From Halobacteriovoraceae bacterium (GTDB lineage Bacteria; Bdellovibrionota; Bacteriovoracia; Bacteriovoracales; Bacteriovoracaceae): a stretch of 64,000 nt of DNA. Shown here piece by piece: positions 29,964-41,471 of the stretch. Positions within the stretch are counted from its first letter, which is position 1. Each line of letters begins with the position of its first letter. Both the position numbers and the translations under genes were made by a program. The stretch is taken from assembly GCA_963719505.1 (NCBI GenBank), contig CAVRCF010000005.1, positions 992,001 through 1,056,000 on the forward strand, read 5' to 3'. Under the pieces are notes generated by a model, which saw only the letters and a list, made by a program, of their open reading frames with translations, was not told where the DNA came from and ran no database searches.

Positions 29964-32900
29964 TTACAAAAGAGTCGTAATTTCTAGCCCACGAGAATAC
30001 TGAATAACCTCATTGGTTTTGGAGTTTAAAGCCGGTGTCGCACTTCCAGATTTCACCTGATCAGTTGATCCCATATACAAATAATAAAGGTAATGCATTC
30101 TATTTGAGCTATTTATATGAGAGTGACTAGACTCTATATTTTTTAGACTTTTAAGTTTCGACGCAAGGACGAACATCGTTGCAACGCCAGCAATGCCGGG
30201 CTCAATTAAATTTGCCGTTTTAATCTGTTCTTTATATTTACCTTTTAAATAATCATCAATATTTTTTATCTGAGTAGAGCCTCGACTATTATTCGCATTA
30301 TCTCCGAAAAGAGATTTTACAGGACTTAGCGAAAATGGCATTGATGGAAGCCTTGGGAGTTTGAAACGTTCATTCTTCTTTACATCAATAAGCAATTGTC
30401 CTTTTTTGGACTCTTTAAATTGATAAAGACTAGAGCTACCAAAGTCAGACTCAACCCCCATCACACCAAAAGCTAGTTTTGCAAGTTGGTCATACTCCTC
30501 ATTTGTTATCCCTAATAGTGGAAGAAGATCCTTCTTTTCTTGCACGAGTGAATTCACAAATTCCTGTGTCGATTCCGACTTATAACGATTGTCTATAATA
30601 TGAGCGGAGATGGGCTTAAAAGAGGTCGCTGGCTCAAAGGTATTGTAGTCTCGATCGCAGTCTGAGCAGTTGACTTCGAAGGCCAACGTACTTTCTTTAA
30701 CAACAAAGTCGGCAATATTAGATTCTGGAAGAACGTAAAAGGGACACCCCTCTTTTGAAAATTTTTGCAAGATTTTATTATAGTCATCCGACTCCATATT
30801 GATAGAGCCATTTGTGACTCTATTATTAGAGGGATCATTATCGTTAAGAAGTAATCTTCGTTGAGCCGCGCTCTTGGGGATTGAAGACAAAGACAGAGCA
30901 GAGTTTTTATTTTGTGTGTTGAGATGAAGAACACCAGAGCGATCTTTATTTCCAATAAAATAAATCCCTGCCCCTGTTTTATTGTTCGGAATATTTGCTT
31001 TGTAATCCCTATACAGAGTTCTCTCATCCCCAACAGCTGATCCTAAGAGAACCTCTTTTCGATAAATTGAATCCCCTTCATTATTATAAACATTTAAGGA
31101 GCTATCATTTTTATCGATGACAATATATTGCTCACACTTATTGGCATAGTTTTTATGAAACTCCTGAACCTTTAGAAATGAGTTCGGCTTTTTATTTACA
31201 ATGTCAGCTTTTCTTTTTACTTCATTACTTGAAACACTCAAGGGGGTTGATGCACTAATCTCCCTTTTGATAACCTTTCTCTTACCGGTTCTCGCATCAT
31301 AAGTATTCGCCTCGTATTCAAAAGAGGGTTGTTTATTTAAAATAGCAATCGCATTAGCTTGTAGATAGGGTTCATCAAAAGTTTGTAGTTTTCCAAGTGT
31401 ATCAACATCAAAGTGTTCTTTATGATTTTCAACAATTTTTATCGCCTCTTTCTTATCGATCACTTGAAGTTTTAAAAGATTTACGGGTTTAGACTTGTCA
31501 GTAAAAGCGACTTTCTTATCAGCAAAAGCTTTTTTAACTTTCTCTAAGCTAATATCGTTTTTCTTTGCGAACTGCTCAATTTTCTTGGAGGATGGAAAGC
31601 TTTCAAGTTTCTCTCCTTTTATTGCAGACATATTACCTTGATCAAAAGTGCGTTTTGCTCGAGACCTTTCTTGCTCAAAATCAATGGGAACGCCTGAGAT
31701 ATGAAAAGCTTGTCCTTCTTTATTGAAATAGGACCTATTTCCAAGATTAATTTCATGCGCCATCTTACCCATAGAAGATTCATCAAAATCAAGCTGTTTT
31801 GCATTTTCACTTGCTGGTAACTTAAAGGCTAGTAGCGCCTCCTTGGTACCTTCTATAAGGGAACCATCATCAACTCGGTAGAGTTTTCCTTTAAAGGAAA
31901 AAGCGATCTTTTGACCTTGGTTTTCCTTTTTATTTTGCCAGGTTTTTACAAAACTCTCTTTTTCACTTTGTCCTATTCCATTATTTTTTGGCACTGTATA
32001 ATCATCACCAAAAAGGGCATTTCCTAAATTGTCCCAGTTTTGGCTCAAGATTTTCTTTAACCTATTACCTTCATAGTTTTTATTCCAAAGCTCTGGGATA
32101 TAATAAGCTTCACCTTTATAGAAATACTTTCTGTCTTTTCCTTTTTTTGTTAAGACTCCCGCATCAATAGCCTGGGCCAGGCCAAGAGTTAGCGACTTAT
32201 CATTCTTTAAATCTTCTCTTTCAAAAAAGTAGGGCATATTACTTAGAACGTGATCAATGAGGTACTCGTGAATAACGGTCTCGTGATCGACGGGTTTCGT
32301 TTTCTCAATTTTGGTTGTCGATTCTTTTAGTTTCCCACTTTGGCTTCTTTTTTCAATTTGCTTCTTTGTCGCAAAAGCTGTTCTCAGCCATACATCTCCG
32401 TAGCGAAGTTCTTTATCTTTATCAACTCCATCTACAGATTCCACCGCTTTTAAGATGGCGGTAAGCTGACTTTCTTTTAAGACCTCTGAAGGACTCTGAG
32501 ACCCTGGGACACAAGAGACAACCTGTTCCTTAGCGCAAACGGTACCATCGAAGATAGCTTCGAGAGTTTTGGTGGATTCTCTATGAACGCGATTCAATTG
32601 AAGGTCAAATGTTTGAACCATCTGTTCAGATTTTGTATTAGTGTTTCGTATTGAGGAGTTAATGATTTTTATAAAATTTAAGATTCCACTATCACTCTCT
32701 CTCCTACTAGAGAGAAGACTTGCATATTTACCGTATTTATCAACGGACTCTTTTTCTGACAGAATCGAAAGCATTCTAATATCACTTGTTCCCAAGTTTA
32801 GCTTTTCTCTTTTATCAGGATCTAACTCTTTATTCTGCTCGTTTAAAATATCCATTAAAAAGGGTAAGACATTAGTAAGAGCATTTCGCGAGAGCTTATT

Positions 32901-33224
32901 ATTTGGATCTCTAAAGTCATTGTAAACTTTTTCAAATTCTGGTTCTTTTCTTTGATCTTTCATGTTCTCTAAAAGAGTTAGTATTTTATTTTCAACCCTA
33001 AACCCTTCTTTTGGTTCATTTTTTAAAAAGGCGTAGGCTAACTTATGCAGGGTAATTTCAGACTGAAGTCTTAAATACTTCTCTAGCAGCTCTTTCTTAT
33101 TTGGATTTTTACTTACAATTTGATTAATATCACTCAGGCATGTGAAGTCTGCGCCAGCAAAACTGATCTGACTCACCGTCAAGAAGAGAAAAAAAGTTAA
33201 TTTAATGAAGCTAAATTCTTTCAA
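29964..33224 (-). CDS. Large secreted protein with catalytically degenerate L,D-transpeptidase-like domain and C-terminal lysozyme/transglycosylase-like domain
   Basis: YIVIDK...VLLG...TGAGIY...VTNGSINM (no His/Cys); C-terminal MGVESDFG...RGSTQIK. Confidence 0.6.
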   Translation of the reverse strand: MKEFSFIKLTFFLFLTVSQISFAGADFTCLSDINQIVSKNPNKKELLEKYLRLQSEITLHKLAYAFLKNEPKEGFRVENKILTLLENMKDQRKEPEFEKVYNDFRDPNNKLSRNALTNVLPFLMDILNEQNKELDPDKREKLNLGTSDIRMLSILSEKESVDKYGKYASLLSSRRESDSGILNFIKIINSSIRNTNTKSEQMVQTFDLQLNRVHRESTKTLEAIFDGTVCAKEQVVSCVPGSQSPSEVLKESQLTAILKAVESVDGVDKDKELRYGDVWLRTAFATKKQIEKRSQSGKLKESTTKIEKTKPVDHETVIHEYLIDHVLSNMPYFFEREDLKNDKSLTLGLAQAIDAGVLTKKGKDRKYFYKGEAYYIPELWNKNYEGNRLKKILSQNWDNLGNALFGDDYTVPKNNGIGQSEKESFVKTWQNKKENQGQKIAFSFKGKLYRVDDGSLIEGTKEALLAFKLPASENAKQLDFDESSMGKMAHEINLGNRSYFNKEGQAFHISGVPIDFEQERSRAKRTFDQGNMSAIKGEKLESFPSSKKIEQFAKKNDISLEKVKKAFADKKVAFTDKSKPVNLLKLQVIDKKEAIKIVENHKEHFDVDTLGKLQTFDEPYLQANAIAILNKQPSFEYEANTYDARTGKRKVIKREISASTPLSVSSNEVKRKADIVNKKPNSFLKVQEFHKNYANKCEQYIVIDKNDSSLNVYNNEGDSIYRKEVLLGSAVGDERTLYRDYKANIPNNKTGAGIYFIGNKDRSGVLHLNTQNKNSALSLSSIPKSAAQRRLLLNDNDPSNNRVTNGSINMESDDYNKILQKFSKEGCPFYVLPESNIADFVVKESTLAFEVNCSDCDRDYNTFEPATSFKPISAHIIDNRYKSESTQEFVNSLVQEKKDLLPLLGITNEEYDQLAKLAFGVMGVESDFGSSSLYQFKESKKGQLLIDVKKNERFKLPRLPSMPFSLSPVKSLFGDNANNSRGSTQIKNIDDYLKGKYKEQIKTANLIEPGIAGVATMFVLASKLKSLKNIESSHSHINSSNRMHYLYYLYMGSTDQVKSGSATPALNSKTNEVIQYSRGLEITTLL

Positions 33225-35175
33225 ATTCTACCTCATCCGCTTTGTCTATAACTGCTTTTTCATCAACTGAGTTGTCAAAGTCTTCTTTATATCTTTTTAA
33301 TATCTTTTTTCTTTTCCGTTGCTGTGAGAGTTTCTCCTGCGCGTTTTCACGATACATTGAATTATAAAGGTTTAAGAAGATCGATTTTGCCTCTTTTGGG
33401 TCTTTTGTTAGACCAAAAGTCATCGCCACTAAATCTTCAAAGTCATCTGTTTCTATAAGCCTTGCTCTTTGATACAACTCTTCTTTTTCCTCCAGAAGAG
33501 TTGATAAAACAGCAGATGAAGCAGCAAGCCCTTTGATCCCTACAACCTTATTCGTCTTATCTATTGGTGAGAAACGGTACTGATTGTAATTATTTGGATC
33601 TTCTGTCTTGGTTCCGTCTGAATAGGTCATCTGGGAATGCTCTTCATTTTTCTTTCTTTCATCAAGTCTCGTTGAGAATTTAATGCTTCCATTTTTGACA
33701 AAGAAATAATTATCTTTATCCTCAGGCAAGATATAGATTGGACATTTATTTTGCATAAATTCATTTATGATATCGTAGGAATACCCCTCAAGGTTAACAC
33801 ATCCAGTTGATAACTTTCGCTCTGATGCTCCACCGGCAAAAGATCTCATCCTCTGGTCTTTGTTTTTTATCCAACTCTCATTGGGAACGCCATGAATGGC
33901 TTGAACTTCTTCATTTTCGGGGTCATCTTTATCAGAGTACAAGACCAAGACCCTATCGTTAAACTCAAGATCATATTTTCGATCTATTCTCTCTTTCTTA
34001 GTCAGTGACTTCTTTACATAATAAGTACCGGCGCCCGTTGTTCGAGTGTATTTGTATATAGGCTTTCCGTTCTTTAATAGAGGTTTCCCTTCACGATCAA
34101 GGACTGGCCATTTTCTTAAAACTGAGTCGGGGTTAAAGTTCTTATACTCATTCATCTGCCCAGTCCCCATAATGGCATTGACTCTAAAAATTTCACTTCC
34201 ATCGCTATCGTAAAGAGTTGTGGTGGACTTCTTTTTATCTACTGTAACGAAAGCATTACAACTATCTTGAATAAGACCACTTTTATAAGCCTGCGCGATT
34301 CGATTCTCGTTACCCGCAATTTTATTAATTTGATCTTGAATCTCTCTTGGATTTTGAGTTTTTTTCGAATTTAAAGACAAGACTGGAGTCTTTAAAGAGA
34401 GCCTCTCTCCATCAACAATATCTTCAATCGCTTGCAAAAGGGACTCGTCAATAATCTTGCTCTCTTCCATCCGACATAGAGCAAACACAGAGGTATTTTG
34501 AGCATTTGAGTTTTGATCGCCATAAAAATCTAAGCATTCTTCTTTATGCTTTTCATAAACGGCAGCTTTAATCTGTGCCATCTTGGCTTTCACCTTCAGT
34601 CGAGCACGAACAAGATTGGCTTCCAAATCCTCTTTGTCTTTAAACTGCGAGATAAAGTCACTAATGATATAACTGTCTTTGCCAGTACTAATACTCGAGG
34701 CTTGAGAAACCAAAGCTGTAAAAGCAATATCACTTTGGTCAAAGCCAAAGTCATCTTGACCTTTCCAAGTCTCTTGTAAAGATGCCATTAATATAGAAAC
34801 ATCAGCGTCACTTACTCTTTCTAAGCTTTTTAGTCTTTCAAGTTGTAAGGTTGGGTTTAAATACTTTTTTGATCCTTGATACTTGTTCATAAGGTCAAAA
34901 ACTTCGTTTTGAATTTCTGTGCTATTTGCAAGTCTCTCAAAGGTTTTGTTGCCAATGATAGAGTTTGCGTAGCTCTCAAGGGTATCTGTTCCTGTTCTCT
35001 TTTGAACTTTCTGAAGTAACTTTATACCCGTCACTTGCAGTTTTGCTGAAATAAGCCCTTCATCTTTTTCCAAAATCGTCTTGAACTCTTCAAAAAAAAG
35101 GGCACGACATTCTGTGCCTCCTGAAAAAGCTGGCAAAGATATAACAAAGAATAGGAATAAAAGAATACACTTCAT
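33211..35175 (-). CDS. Secreted L,D-transpeptidase (YkuD-like) domain protein
   Basis: VTVDK...TTGAGTY...AIHG...LSTGCVNL catalytic His/Cys; signal MKCILLFLFF from ATG 35175. Confidence 0.75.
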   Translation of the reverse strand: MKCILLFLFFVISLPAFSGGTECRALFFEEFKTILEKDEGLISAKLQVTGIKLLQKVQKRTGTDTLESYANSIIGNKTFERLANSTEIQNEVFDLMNKYQGSKKYLNPTLQLERLKSLERVSDADVSILMASLQETWKGQDDFGFDQSDIAFTALVSQASSISTGKDSYIISDFISQFKDKEDLEANLVRARLKVKAKMAQIKAAVYEKHKEECLDFYGDQNSNAQNTSVFALCRMEESKIIDESLLQAIEDIVDGERLSLKTPVLSLNSKKTQNPREIQDQINKIAGNENRIAQAYKSGLIQDSCNAFVTVDKKKSTTTLYDSDGSEIFRVNAIMGTGQMNEYKNFNPDSVLRKWPVLDREGKPLLKNGKPIYKYTRTTGAGTYYVKKSLTKKERIDRKYDLEFNDRVLVLYSDKDDPENEEVQAIHGVPNESWIKNKDQRMRSFAGGASERKLSTGCVNLEGYSYDIINEFMQNKCPIYILPEDKDNYFFVKNGSIKFSTRLDERKKNEEHSQMTYSDGTKTEDPNNYNQYRFSPIDKTNKVVGIKGLAASSAVLSTLLEEKEELYQRARLIETDDFEDLVAMTFGLTKDPKEAKSIFLNLYNSMYRENAQEKLSQQRKRKKILKRYKEDFDNSVDEKAVIDKADEVEFERI

Positions 35176-35239
35176 CAGTTTCCTGATCGGCAAAATCGGG
35201 TAACTCTTTAGTCGCTCAAAAACGGTAACGTATTTTCAG

Positions 35240-36247
35240 CTACTTAAATGAAAAATCTGGTCTTAAAAGGTGACAATTATAGCCATTTGGATTTTTGACA
35301 AGATAATCCTGATGAACATCTTCAGCGTCAACAAACTTACTCAGTGGCTCTATCTTTGTCACAACTGGATCTTCGAGGTCACCAGATTTATTAATCTTCG
35401 CGATGAGTTCTTGGACTGTTTTCTTTTCCATTTCATCATTAGTAAAGACCGAACTTCTATATTGAGTTCCCTTGTCATTACCTTGTTGATTAAGTGTGGT
35501 TGGATCATGAATTCTAAAAAAATATCTTATTAAAGATTCATAGCTTAATTTATCTGAATCGTACTCAACTTTAATGGCCTCAGCATGTCCAGTTGTTCCA
35601 GTTTTGACATATTTATAAGCCGCTTGTGTTGGCTCTCCGCCGGTATAACCGACTTCAGTGTTAATAACGCCATCGAGTTTTCTAAGATACTTCTCCATCC
35701 CCCAAAAACACCCACCAGCAAGATATGCAGTTTTCATATTAGTTACCTTTTTTTTTTCAAAGAGTTTTAAATATTTTTCATATCCTCTTTCTTTAAGCTT
35801 CTCTTTGGGAATGAATTCTAGACTCGCAGAGTTCATGCAATACCTAAGCCCCGTCGGCTCGGGTCCATCTTTAAAGAGGTGACCTAGATGAGAGTCTCCA
35901 TACTTTGATCTTATTTCTGTACGAGGCAAAATGAGTTTAAAGTCTGTTTCCTCTACAATATTTTCTTTCTCAAGTGGTCTTGTAAAACTTGGCCATCCAG
36001 TTCCAGACTTGTATTTATCAAGAGAACTAAAAAGGGGCTCTTTAGAGACGATATCAACATAGATTCCCTCTCTTTTATTATCCCAGTACTCATTCTTAAA
36101 AGGAGGTTCAGTGTCCTCGTCTTGAGTCACTTTATACTGCATATCATTTAGTTTTTTCTTTAAATTTTTAACAGGCTTTTTGGTCTTCCAATCAACTGGA
36201 TTAGCTAAGGCTGATACACAAAAAATAGACAATAAAATTTTTAACAT
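35240..36247 (-). CDS. msrAB: Periplasmic bifunctional methionine sulfoxide reductase MsrB-MsrA
   Basis: Signal peptide; MsrB GTGWPSF, HLGHLF, RYCMNS; MsrA GGCFWG, GHAEA, GTQYRS, HQDYL. Confidence 0.95.
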   Translation of the reverse strand: MLKILLSIFCVSALANPVDWKTKKPVKNLKKKLNDMQYKVTQDEDTEPPFKNEYWDNKREGIYVDIVSKEPLFSSLDKYKSGTGWPSFTRPLEKENIVEETDFKLILPRTEIRSKYGDSHLGHLFKDGPEPTGLRYCMNSASLEFIPKEKLKERGYEKYLKLFEKKKVTNMKTAYLAGGCFWGMEKYLRKLDGVINTEVGYTGGEPTQAAYKYVKTGTTGHAEAIKVEYDSDKLSYESLIRYFFRIHDPTTLNQQGNDKGTQYRSSVFTNDEMEKKTVQELIAKINKSGDLEDPVVTKIEPLSKFVDAEDVHQDYLVKNPNGYNCHLLRPDFSFK

Positions 36248-36251
36248 AAAC

Positions 36252-36349
36252 ACCTCTTACCTCTTACCTCTTACCTCTTACCTCTTACCTCTTACCTCTT
36301 ACCTCTTACCTCTTACCTCTTACCTCTTACCTATTACCTATTACCTATT
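36252..36349. repeat. Heptanucleotide tandem repeat: 11 x ACCTCTT plus 3 x ACCTATT
   Basis: Counted directly; 98 bp immediately upstream of the msrAB start. Confidence 0.97.
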
Positions 36350-36450
36350 GGTGAAATTTGAAGACATTTTATTACAGTCTTTTTTTCATCTTAACACTTA
36401 AAGAGGAGAAAAATGTTTAGTTATCTCCACAGTTGCCTGCAAACTACCGA

Positions 36451-37314
36451 TTATAGGAGCTCGATAGATCCATTAAGATCTATTTTTATGAGATCAAATC
36501 TTTTGTAGGTCGGAAATAGCCTGCTCCCCACTGCTCCTATCGCAAGGTTTTGACAATCATAGGGACTTGGGTCGATATGATAATCCATAAAGCAATAAGC
36601 CTTGTCTCCATCTGTAAAAAGTTGAGAATCAATTGTCGAAAGGTATTCCTTATAGGCCGGATTCAACCAAAGAAACTTAAAGTCTAAGGGCTTTGGTTGG
36701 TACCTCTTGTAGAGAATAAATTTAGTCTCTCCTTTTTGAAAAAGAAAGTCTCCAGCTTTAAGATCTATTATTTGAGTTGTAACCTTTTGATCTTCTGGGA
36801 GAAAGTGAAAAGCATCTCTTGAAAAAGTTAAAGTTTGCAAAAGTGTAACTTTACCTTTTTTTACTTCAAGAAATGATTGAGCAACCATTTCAAATTTGTA
36901 ATCAGCAGTCTTAGCTGAGTGTAAATCTCTTAAGAAAAATTTAAATCCAACACCGCTGTATTTCTTTTCAAGAATTTCTTCTTTTAAAAGAACTTTTTGA
37001 TCTTTTAATTGAGTCTTTAAATCAATACTTTTAAAGCCTGGGAAATCAGCCAGAGTAAATTCTCTTTTATTTAAACAACTTGTTTTTGAATAGTTAATGG
37101 AGTTTTGATAAAAATGAAGTTTTAGACATTTATTAAATCTTTCAACAACAACCTTTGGAAGGTTATTTTCGTAAAAGTAAGGAGTCACTCGTCTATAGTT
37201 TTGGTAGTAAGATTCACCAAGACGTTTACTTAACTCACTTACTTTCTTTGCATCTACGATCAAGTCCGCAGCACTGGCACCAAGGGAAATAATCAATATT
37301 AGTAATATCCGCAC
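36451..37314 (-). CDS. Hypothetical secreted protein
   Basis: 287-aa ORF, GTG start with AAGGAG upstream, signal peptide. Confidence 0.75.
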   Translation of the reverse strand: MRILLILIISLGASAADLIVDAKKVSELSKRLGESYYQNYRRVTPYFYENNLPKVVVERFNKCLKLHFYQNSINYSKTSCLNKREFTLADFPGFKSIDLKTQLKDQKVLLKEEILEKKYSGVGFKFFLRDLHSAKTADYKFEMVAQSFLEVKKGKVTLLQTLTFSRDAFHFLPEDQKVTTQIIDLKAGDFLFQKGETKFILYKRYQPKPLDFKFLWLNPAYKEYLSTIDSQLFTDGDKAYCFMDYHIDPSPYDCQNLAIGAVGSRLFPTYKRFDLIKIDLNGSIELL

Positions 37315-37355
37315 GATAACTCCTTTTTTAAGGATTTTATATCACGATTTTTTTC

Positions 37356-37383
37356 AAAAAAAAGCCCTCTTTTACAAGAGGGC
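37356..37383 (-). terminator. Intrinsic terminator after the E2 gene
   Basis: GCCCTCTT-N4-AAGAGGGC hairpin plus 8 T on the minus strand. Confidence 0.8.
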
Positions 37384-37410
37384 CTTAGACATTATCTAAA
37401 TATTCGTTTT

Positions 37411-38726
37411 TTAAAGAAGATCTGTCGGATCCATTGTCTCGAGAGTGTTTTTTACATGCATCAAGAACTTCGAACCAACCTCACCATCAATCAATCTGTG
37501 ATCGTAAGTATGGGTCGCATACATAATATCTCTAATTGCCATGGAGTTGTCTGGCATAACTTCAACTGACTTTTTAATCGTACCAACACAGAAGATACCA
37601 ACTTGAGGCTGAAGTATGACCGGTGTCGCAGCTATGACTCCAAATGAACCATTGTTAGTGAAAGTGTATGTTCCTTCACTCAAATCATCCATTGTAAGCT
37701 TCTTATTTCGCGCTTTAATAACGAGGTCATTTAGGCTTCTGGCAAGACCTGTAAGATTTAAATTATCAGCTCCTTTAATAACAGGAACGATTAAACCATT
37801 TCCAGGAACCGCAACTGCACAACCGATATTAATATCTTTTTTGTAGACGATATTATCTCCATCAATTGATGCATTAACTGTTGGAAACTCTTTAAGAGCT
37901 TGAACTAAAGCATACATAACAAAGTGAGAGTAAGTTAAAGAGAAACCCTCTTCTTTTTTAAATTATCTTTTAAACTATTCTCTAATTTTCACAAGATTAG
38001 TCATATCGATATCATCAATTGAATTAACGTGAGGAGAAGTGAGCTTACTTGCCTGCATATTTTTAGCAATCGCTTTTCTCATATTATCCATTGGTACGAT
38101 TTCAACTTTTTCACTTGACGTGTAAGCTGGAACAGTCGAGAACTGAAATCTGATGAACCACCGGAGCTTGCACCTTTTTTCGAAGTCGATCCAGTCCCTC
38201 TGGTTTTTAGAAAATTTTCAAAGTCTTCTTTATTAACTCTTCCACCAGCTCCTGATCCGTCAATATCTTCTAAGCTCAGCTTAAGATCAACATCATTGTC
38301 ACTGCTAATTTCTTAACAAGTGGAGTATAAAATCTTCTTCTCTGCGATTATTCTGACTTCGCTGAAGGCTTTGGCTTTTGAAGTTAGCCTTATCTTTCGG
38401 ATCTTCTTCTTCATTTTTAGCAGAGTCTTCAGTTTTTTCTTCTTTTTTATCGGCTGAACCTGAGTCTGAAACTTCTGCATCCATATCTTCATCGATATAC
38501 GGCAATAAGTTTTCCAACATCAATTGTCTCACCTTCAGGATAAAGTAATTTCAACAATCTTTCCTTCAACTGGACTTGGAATTTCTGATTCAACTTTGTC
38601 AGTTGAGATCTCTAAAAGGATTTCATCAATTTCAATTTTATCTCCAACATTTTTATTCCAACTTGTGATTGTACCAGTTGTGATTGACTCACCCATTTGA
38701 GGCATAACAACTTCAACGCGTGCCAT
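37411..38726 (-). pseudogene. Dihydrolipoamide acyltransferase (2-oxoacid dehydrogenase E2), multiply frameshifted (possible sequencing error)
   Basis: Lipoyl domain MPQMGESITTG...ISTDKVESE, E3-binding GSGAGGRVNK and catalytic DHRLIDG lie in different frames. Confidence 0.85.
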
Positions 38727-38789
38727 ATTTATACTCCTAATAATTTTTATTTATATTTTACTCTATTTTATAGCGGTTCTAGATTATCA

Positions 38790-40183
<1,394 letters not shown>

Positions 40184-40315
40184 GGGTATATCCTTTATAA
40201 AAACATTTCATTAAATCAGATAAAGAATTAGAAAAAACGAGGGGTTATGTCAATCACACCATGCAACAATTAACGCGGTTGGCTTAGTCGTCTAGGCCTT
40301 CATAAGGTATCTGAG

Positions 40316-41215
40316 ATGCCTATGACAAAAAGGTTAGAAACATCCATCCCCTTGGAACCATCTGAGATTGAGATTCTACTCGCCCACTTCCCAAAAGGGA
40401 TGGTGGCTTTTGATTTAGAAATGACTGGCTTGTCCGCCACTTTCGACAAGATTATTGAAATTGCGGCAGTTAAAGTGGACGCCAATGGAGAAGTTTCGAC
40501 CTTTCACGAAATGATCAACCCGCTCATCACTATTCCAGAATATACTATTGAGTATCACGGCATCACTAATGCAATGGTCAGAGATTGCCAGACTTTAAAA
40601 CTTCCCCTTAAAGAATTTACAGCCTTTTATGGCAACCTTCCCCTTTTGGCCCATAACGCCCAATTTGACATGGGCTTTATCGTGAAAGGAAACCATGAGT
40701 TCAACTACCCATTTTCCATGAGTGATGTCTATGACAGTTGCAAGTTCTCTCGGGCCCTCTACAAGAAAGAGACTGGTGCTAAACCAGAGAATTTTAAACT
40801 ATCAAGTCTTGCAACGTTTTTTGAGTTTGAGTTTAATCACCATCAAGCCCTCGATGATGCCCTTATCTCACTTAAGGTTTTTATCAAGTGCCTTAAAAAA
40901 TTTGAAAGCTTCACAGGAAAAAGAACTCTCAGAGATCTTTGTTACCTTTTCAAAATAAACTCTTTTAAAAAGCCAATAGAATACGAACTACCAAAAAAAC
41001 TTAGACCCATTCAAGAATCTTTAAGAACTCGCTCCCAGATCAGTATAAAATACAAAGGCTCAAGCACTGGCGATGACTTTAGACAGGTCAAACCCATTGC
41101 TCTTATTCCTATGCCCCAAGGCCTTATACTTTACGCTGAGTGTCTAAAAGATAATATGAATAAACACTTCATGGTCAAAAAAATCAAAGAGTTAAAGCTA
41201 GATCCACCTGCATAA
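40316..41215 (+). CDS. DEDDh 3'-5' exonuclease with C-terminal WYL-like domain
   Basis: AFDLEMTG, AHNAQFD, HQALDDA; C-terminal ISIKY...RQVKPIAL...LYAEC...KHFMVKKI. Confidence 0.85.
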   Translation: MPMTKRLETSIPLEPSEIEILLAHFPKGMVAFDLEMTGLSATFDKIIEIAAVKVDANGEVSTFHEMINPLITIPEYTIEYHGITNAMVRDCQTLKLPLKEFTAFYGNLPLLAHNAQFDMGFIVKGNHEFNYPFSMSDVYDSCKFSRALYKKETGAKPENFKLSSLATFFEFEFNHHQALDDALISLKVFIKCLKKFESFTGKRTLRDLCYLFKINSFKKPIEYELPKKLRPIQESLRTRSQISIKYKGSSTGDDFRQVKPIALIPMPQGLILYAECLKDNMNKHFMVKKIKELKLDPPA

Positions 41216-41264
41216 TCTAGACAATGACCGACATAAAAGATAAGGTTAAAACTCGGAGACTATT

Positions 41265-41471
41265 ATGAGCGAGATGATCAAATCTATTGACTGGTTAAAA
41301 ACCACACAAATTTTTTTCTTGGGCCTAAATTTTCTTGTTTTTGCATGGATCGTTTTTCTTATTACCCATACTAAAGAGATCCCTTTTTCATCACTTTGCC
41401 TCAACTACGCAATTGTGTTGCCAATTGTTATTGCGCTTTTTCGTTTAAATAAAAAAGTTATTCAACATTAA
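41265..41471 (+). CDS. Small two-TM membrane protein
   Basis: 68 aa, GGAG upstream, stop abuts the next ATG. Confidence 0.6.
   Translation: MSEMIKSIDWLKTTQIFFLGLNFLVFAWIVFLITHTKEIPFSSLCLNYAIVLPIVIALFRLNKKVIQH

Noticed and set aside
36252-36349. Possible CRISPR array
   Set aside because: Contiguous 7-bp units with no spacers and no cas genes in the window
36180-36401. 73-aa + strand ORF with (YLLPLTS)n repeats
   Set aside because: Translation by-product of the heptamer repeat, antisense to msrAB; no RBS
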